Source of the DNA: Azolla caroliniana
Lineage: Eukaryota > Plantae > Polypodiophyta
DNA length: 17,728 nucleotides
Direction: 5' to 3'
Assembly: GCA_043228905.1 (NCBI GenBank)
Contig: JBHGNT010000684.1
Location: 1-17,728, forward strand
The translations under genes and the position numbers were made by a program. Below, piece after piece: positions 12,225 to 17,728 of this stretch (its first letter is position 1; each line of letters starts with the position of its first letter). Under the pieces are notes generated by a model that was not told the origin of the DNA, did no database searches, and worked only from the letters and a program-made list of their open reading frames with translations.

Positions 12225-15200
12225 TCCGATATCCCACAAGCCAGGCATGAACATTTTAATTTACTCACGGGGTCTTCTCCACTACCTTCTCAAATTTGCT
12301 AATTACTTCATGTCTTTCAACCTGAGTTTCAAAATCTTGATTTTTTAATTCCATATCATAGCTAGTGTTGTTAGCTTCCATTCGCATGTTTGAACACAAA
12401 AAACCAATATCACACGAGCCAGGTATGAACATTTTAATTTACTAACGCGCTCTTCTCTAATACCTCCTCAAATTTGCTAATTTCTTCATGTCTCTCAACC
12501 TGTGTTTGAAAATTATAATTTTTCAATTCTATATCATAACTAGCGTTCTTAGCTTCGATTCGCAAGTTTGAACACAACAATCTCATATCACACGAGCCAG
12601 GTATGAGCATTTTAATTTACTGACGCCCTCTTCTCAACTCCTTCCTCAAATTTGCTAATTTCTTCATGTCTCTGGACCTGAGTTTCAAAGTCTTGATTTT
12701 TTAATTCTATATCATAGCTAGCGTTGTTAGCTTCGATTCGCATGTTTGAACACAAAAATCCAATATCACACGAGCCAGGTATGAACATTTTAATTTACTA
12801 ACGCGCGCTTCTCCAATACCTCCTCAAATTTGCTAATTTCTTCATGTCTCTCGACCTGTGTTTCAAAATTATAATTTTTCAATTCTATATCATAACTAGC
12901 GTTCTTAGCTTCGATTCGCATGTTTGAACACAAAAATCCGATATCACACGTCCCAGGTATGAGCATTTTAATTTACTAACGCGCTCTTCTCAACTCCTTC
13001 CAAAAATTTGAGAATTTCTTCCTGTCTCCGGACCTGAGTTTCAAAGTCTTGATTTTTTAATTCCATACCATAGCTAGTGTTGTTAGCTTCGATTTGCATG
13101 TTTGAACATAAAAATCTGATATCACACGAGCCAGGTATGAACATTTTAATTTACTCACGGGGTTTTCTCAACTCCTTCCTCAAGATTGCTAATTTCTTCA
13201 TGTCTGTCGACCTGAGTTTCAAAATTATAATTTTTCAATTCAATATCATAGCTAGCGTTGCTAGCTTCGATTCTCATGTTTGAACACAAAAATCTGATAT
13301 CACACGAGCCAGCTATTAACATTTTATTTTACTCACCGGGTCTTCTCACCTCCTTCCTCATCTTTGCTAATTTGTTAATATCTCTCGACCTGAGTCTCCA
13401 AATCTTGAATTTTTAATTCTATATCATAGCTAGCGTTCTTAGCTTCGATTCACATTTTTGAACATAAAAATCCGATATCCCACAAGCCAGGCACGAACAT
13501 TTTAATTTACTCACGGGGTCTTCTCCACTACCTTCTCAAATTTGCTAATTTGTTTATGTCTCTCGACTTGAGTTTCAAAATCTTGATTTTTTAATTCCAT
13601 ATCATAGCTAGTGTTGTTAGCTTCGATTCTCATGTTTGCACATAAAAATCTGATATCACACGAGCCAGGTATGAACATTTACTCACGGGGTTTCTCAACT
13701 CCTTCCTCAAGATTGCTAATTTCTTCATGTCTGTCGACCTGTGTTTCAAAATTATAATATCACAAAATCTGATATCACAAAAGCCAGGTATAAACATATT
13801 AATTTACTCACGGGGTCTTCTCCACTACCTATTCAAATTTGCTAACTTCGTCAAGTCTCTAGACCGGTGTTTCAATTCAATATCATAGCTAGCGTTGTTA
13901 GCTTCGATTCGCATGTTTGAACACAAACATCCGATATCACACGAGCCAGGTATGAACATTTTAAATTACTGACGGGGTCTTCTAAACTCCTTCCTCAAAT
14001 TTGCTAATTTCCTCATGTCTCTAGACCTGAGTTTCAAAATCTTGATTTTTTAATTCTATATCATAGCTAGCGTTGTTAGCTTTGATTCGCATGTTTGAAC
14101 ACAAAAATCCGATATCACACGAGCCAGGTATGAATATTTTAATTTACTCACGGGGTCTTCTCAACTCGTTCCTCAAATATGCAAATATCTTCATGTCTCT
14201 AGACCTGTGTTTCAAAATCTTGATTTTTTAATACCATATCATAGCTAGTATTCTTAGCTTCGATTCGCATGTTTGAACACAAAAATCCGATATAAAACGA
14301 GCCAGCTATGAACATTTTAATTTCCGAAGAGGGTCTTCTCCACTGCCTCGTCAAATTTGCTAATTTCTTCATGTCTCTCGACCTGAGTTTGAAAATGTTA
14401 ATTTTTTAATTCCATACCATAGCTAGCATTGTTAGCTTCGATTCGCATATTTGAACACAAAAATCCGATATCACACCAGCCAGGTATGAACATTATAATT
14501 TACTCACGGGGTCTTCTCCACTACCTTCCCAATTTTGCTAATGTCTTCATGTCTCTCGACCTGAGTTTCAAAATCTTGATTTTTTAATTCCATATCATAG
14601 CTAGTATTCTTAGCTTCGATTCGCATGTTTGAACACAAAAATCCGATATCACACGAGCCAGCTATGAACATTTTAATTTACTCATTAGGTCTTCTCCACT
14701 ACCTTCTCCAATTTGCTAATTTCTTCATGTCTCTCAACCTGAGTTTCAAAATCTTGAGTTTTTAATTCCATATCATAGCTAGCGTTGGTACCTTCGAATC
14801 CCATGTTTGAACACAAAAATACGATATCACACGAGCCAGGTATGAACATTTTAATTTACTCACGGGGTCTTCTCAACTCCCTCCTCAAATTTGATAATTT
14901 CTTCATGTCTCTCGACCTGAGTTTGACAATCTTGATTTTTTGATTCCATATCATAGCTAGCATTGTTATCTTCGATTCGCATTTTTTCGATTAGCTTCGA
15001 TTCGCATTTTCGATTCACATAAAAATCTGATATCACACGAGCCAGGTATGAACATTTTAATTTACTCACGGGGTTTTCTCAACTCCTTCCTCAAGATTGC
15101 TAATTTCTTCATGTCTGTCGACCTGTGTTTCAAAATTATAATATTTCAATTCAATATCATAGCTAGCGTTGCTAGCTTCGATTCTCATGTTTGAACACAA

Positions 15201-15834
15201 AAATCTGATATCACACGAGCCAGCTATGAACATTTTAATTTACTCTCCGGGTCTTCTCACCTCCTTCCTCATGTTTGCTAATTTGTTAATATCTCTCGAC
15301 CTGAGTCTCGAAATCTTGATTTTTTAATTCTATATCATAGCTAGCGTTGTTAGCTTCGATTCGCATTTTTGAACATAAAAATACGATATCCCACAAGCCA
15401 GGCATGAACATTTTAATTTACTCACGGGGTCTTGTCTCTCGACCTATGTTTCAAAATTATAAATTTTCTTCGATTCTCATGTTTGATCACAAAAATCCGA
15501 TATCACAAAAGCCAGGTATAAACATATTAATTTACTCACGGGGTCTTCTCCACTACCTATTCAAATTTGCTAGCTTCGTCAAGTCTCTAGACCGGTGTTT
15601 CAATTCAATATCATAGCTAGCGTTGTTAGCTTCGATTCGCATGTTTGAACACAAACATCCGATATCACACGAGCCAGGTATGAACATTTTAAATTACTAA
15701 CGGGTCTTCTAAACTCCTTCCTCAAATTTGCTAATTTCCTCATGTCTCTCGACCCTAGTTTCAAAATCTTGATTTTTTAATTCTATATCATAGCTAGCGT
15801 TGTTAGCTTCGATTCGCATGTTTGAACACAAAAA
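12225..15834. repeat. Divergent (older/degenerate) satellite island with irregular monomer lengths
   Basis: Many private substitutions and no S monomers. Aberrant monomer lengths are 119 (13649), 162 (13768 and 15496), 206 (14820), 114 (15382) and 177 (15658). Confidence 0.9.
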
Positions 15835-17728
15835 TCCAATATCACACGAGCCAGATATGAACATTTTAATTTACTCACGGGGTCTTCTCAACTCCTTCCT
15901 CAAATTTGCTAATTTTTTCATGTCTCTCGACCTGAGTTTCAAAATATTGATTTTTTAATTCCATATCATAGCTAGCGTTGTTAGCTTCGATTCGCATGTT
16001 TGAACACAGAAATCCGATATCACACGAGCCAGATATGAACATTTTAATTTACTCACGGGGTCTTCTCAACTCCTTCCTCAAATTTGCTAATTTTTTCATG
16101 TCTCTCGACCTGAGTTTCAAAATATTGATTTTTTAATTCCATATCATAGCTAGCGTTGTTAGCTTCGATTCACATGTTTGAACACAAATATCCGATATCA
16201 CACGAGCCAGATATGAACATTTTAATTTACTCACGGGGTCTTCTCAACTCCTTCCTCAAATTTGCTAATTTTTTCATGTCTCTCGACCTGAGTTTCAAAA
16301 TATTGATTTTTTAATTCCATATCATAGCTAGCGTTGTTAGCTTCGATTTGCATGTTTGAACACAGAAATCCGATATCACACGAGCCAGATATGAACATTT
16401 TAATTTACTCACGGGGTCTTCTCAACTCCTTCCTCAAATTTGCTAATTTTTTCATGTCTCTCGACCTGAGTTTCAAAATATTGATTTTTTAATTCCATAT
16501 CATAGCTAGCGTTGTTAGCTTCGATTCACATGTTTGAACACAAATATCCGCTAATTTCTTCATGTCTGTTGACCTAAGTTTCAAAATCTTGATTTTTTAA
16601 TTCCATATCATAGCTAGTGTTGTTAGCTTCCATTCGCATGTTTGAACACAAAAATCCGATATCACACGAGCCAGGTATGAACATTTTAATTTACTCAAGG
16701 GCTCCTCTCAACTCCCTCCTCATGTTTGCTAATTTCGTCATGTATCTCGACCTGAGTTTCAAAATCTTGATTTTTTAATTCTATATCATAGCTAGCGTTG
16801 TTAGCTTCGATTCGCATGTTTGAACACAAAAATCCGATATCACACGAGCCAGGTATGAACATTTTAATTTACCTCCTAGCTCTTCTCAACTCCTTCCTCA
16901 AATTTGCTAATTTCCTCATGTCTCTCGACCCTAGTTTCAAAATCTTGATTTTTTAATTCTATATCATAGCTAGCGTTGTTAGCTTCGATTCGCATGTTTG
17001 AACACAAAAATCCAATATCACACGAGCTAGGTATGAACATTTTAATTTACTCACGGGGTATTCTCAACTCCCTCCTCAAATTTGCTAATTTCTTTATGTC
17101 CCTCGACCTGTGTTTCAAAATCTTGATTATTTAATTCCATGTCATAGCTAGCGTTGTTAGCTTCGATTCGCATGTTTGAACACAGAAATCCGATATCACA
17201 CGAGCGAGATATGAACATGTTAATTTACTCACGGGGTCTTCTCAACTCCTTCCTCAAATTTGCTAATTTTTTCATGTCTCTCGACCTGAGTTTCAAAATA
17301 TTGATTTTTTAATTCCATATCATAGCTAGCGTTGTTAGCTTCGATTCGCATGTTTGAACACAGAAATCCGATATCACACGAGCGAGATATGAACATTTTA
17401 ATTTACTCACGGGGTCTTCTCAACTCCTTCCTCAAATTTGCTAATTTTTTCATGTCTCTCGACCTGAGTTTCAAAATATTGATTTTTTAATTCCATATCA
17501 TAGCTAGCGTTGTTAGCTTCGATTCGCATGTTTGAACACAGAAATCCGATATCACACGAGCCAGATATGAACATTTTAATTTACTCACGGGGTCTTCTCA
17601 ACTCCTTCCTCAAATTTGCTAATTTTTTCATGTCTCTCGACCTGAGTTTCAAAATATTGATTTCTTAATTCCATATCATAGCTAGCGTTGTTAGCTTCGA
17701 TTCACATGTTTGAACACAAATATCCGCT
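15835..17728. repeat. Homogeneous satellite domain 2 (same subtypes as domain 1)
   Basis: Order is A-A-A*-A-S-C-E(chimeric)-B-A-A-A-S, with the same diagnostic SNPs as in 715-12224. Confidence 0.9.

Larger units (their letters stand above)
1..17728. repeat. Tandem satellite DNA array, 178-bp monomer, about 105 head-to-tail copies, open at both window ends (putative centromeric/heterochromatic satellite)
   Basis: The AAATCC(G/A)ATATCACACGAGCC anchor recurs at 3, 181, 359, 537, 715, 893, 1071, 1249 and onward at an exact 178-bp period, except at the indel monomers listed below. There is no non-satellite sequence and no inversion. The centromeric role is an inference from monomer length only. 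Confidence 0.98.

Noticed and set aside
13077-13283. 68-aa ORF on + strand
   Set aside because: It is a translation of satellite monomer sequence with a non-ATG start, open only through chance loss of stop codons in a divergent monomer. It has no recognisable domain.
14860-15069. 69-aa ORF on - strand
   Set aside because: It is an antisense satellite read-through created by the 28-bp insertion and local SNPs, with no coding hallmarks.
15347-15616. 89-aa ORF on + strand with an internal peptide repeat
   Set aside because: The repeat (HKN.IS.KPG.NILIYSRGL) only reflects two adjacent monomers joined by deletions that removed stop codons.
12225-15834. Transposon insertion as the cause of the divergent island
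   Set aside because: All of it aligns to the satellite monomer. There are no LTRs, terminal inverted repeats, coding remnants or foreign DNA.
1-17728. CRISPR array or repeat-spacer system
   Set aside because: There are no unique spacers, since the entire 178-bp unit is repeated. The variable cassette is about 10 bp with a few recurring alleles, and there are no cas genes.
1-17728. Arabidopsis CEN178/CEN180 or primate alpha satellite
   Set aside because: The length is similar but I recognise none of their sequence motifs, and there is no HindIII AAGCTT site in the consensus. This is from memory and needs a BLAST search to confirm.
1-17728. Tandem 5S rRNA, tRNA or snRNA gene array
   Set aside because: No recognisable 5S or tRNA sequence, Pol III internal promoter boxes or cloverleaf. 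The unit is AT-rich and tolerates a recurrent 70-bp deletion.

Overview
The whole 17,728-bp window is one uninterrupted, head-to-tail, single-orientation tandem satellite array of about 105 monomers. The monomer is 178 bp and AT-rich, with working consensus TCCGATATCACACGAGCCAGGTATGAACATTTTAATTTACTCACGGGGTCTTCTCAACTCCTTCCTCAAATTTGCTAATTTCTTCATGTCTCTCGACCTGAGTTTCAAAATCTTGATTTTTTAATTCCATATCATAGCTAGCGTTGTTAGCTTCGATTCGCATGTTTGAACACAAAAA. It looks like a eukaryotic (possibly plant) centromeric, pericentromeric or subtelomeric satellite of nucleosome length. I do not recognise the family, and it does not resemble Arabidopsis CEN178 as I recall it. There are no credible genes, RNA genes, transposons or CRISPR arrays, and I see no new protein-based system. 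The interest is in the array architecture. (1) Homogeneous young domains (about 715-12224 and 15835-17728) are built from a few monomer subtypes and punctuated by 13 copies of a 108-bp deletion monomer, which defines variable-length higher-order repeats. (2) Several block duplications have offsets of about 3.1-5.9 kb. (3) An older, divergent island (12225-15834) carries microhomology deletions and a templated insertion. (4) There is a CpG-deamination signature and a trace of an ancestral ~40-bp sub-repeat. Monomer starts are given at the T of TCCGAT and were counted by hand.
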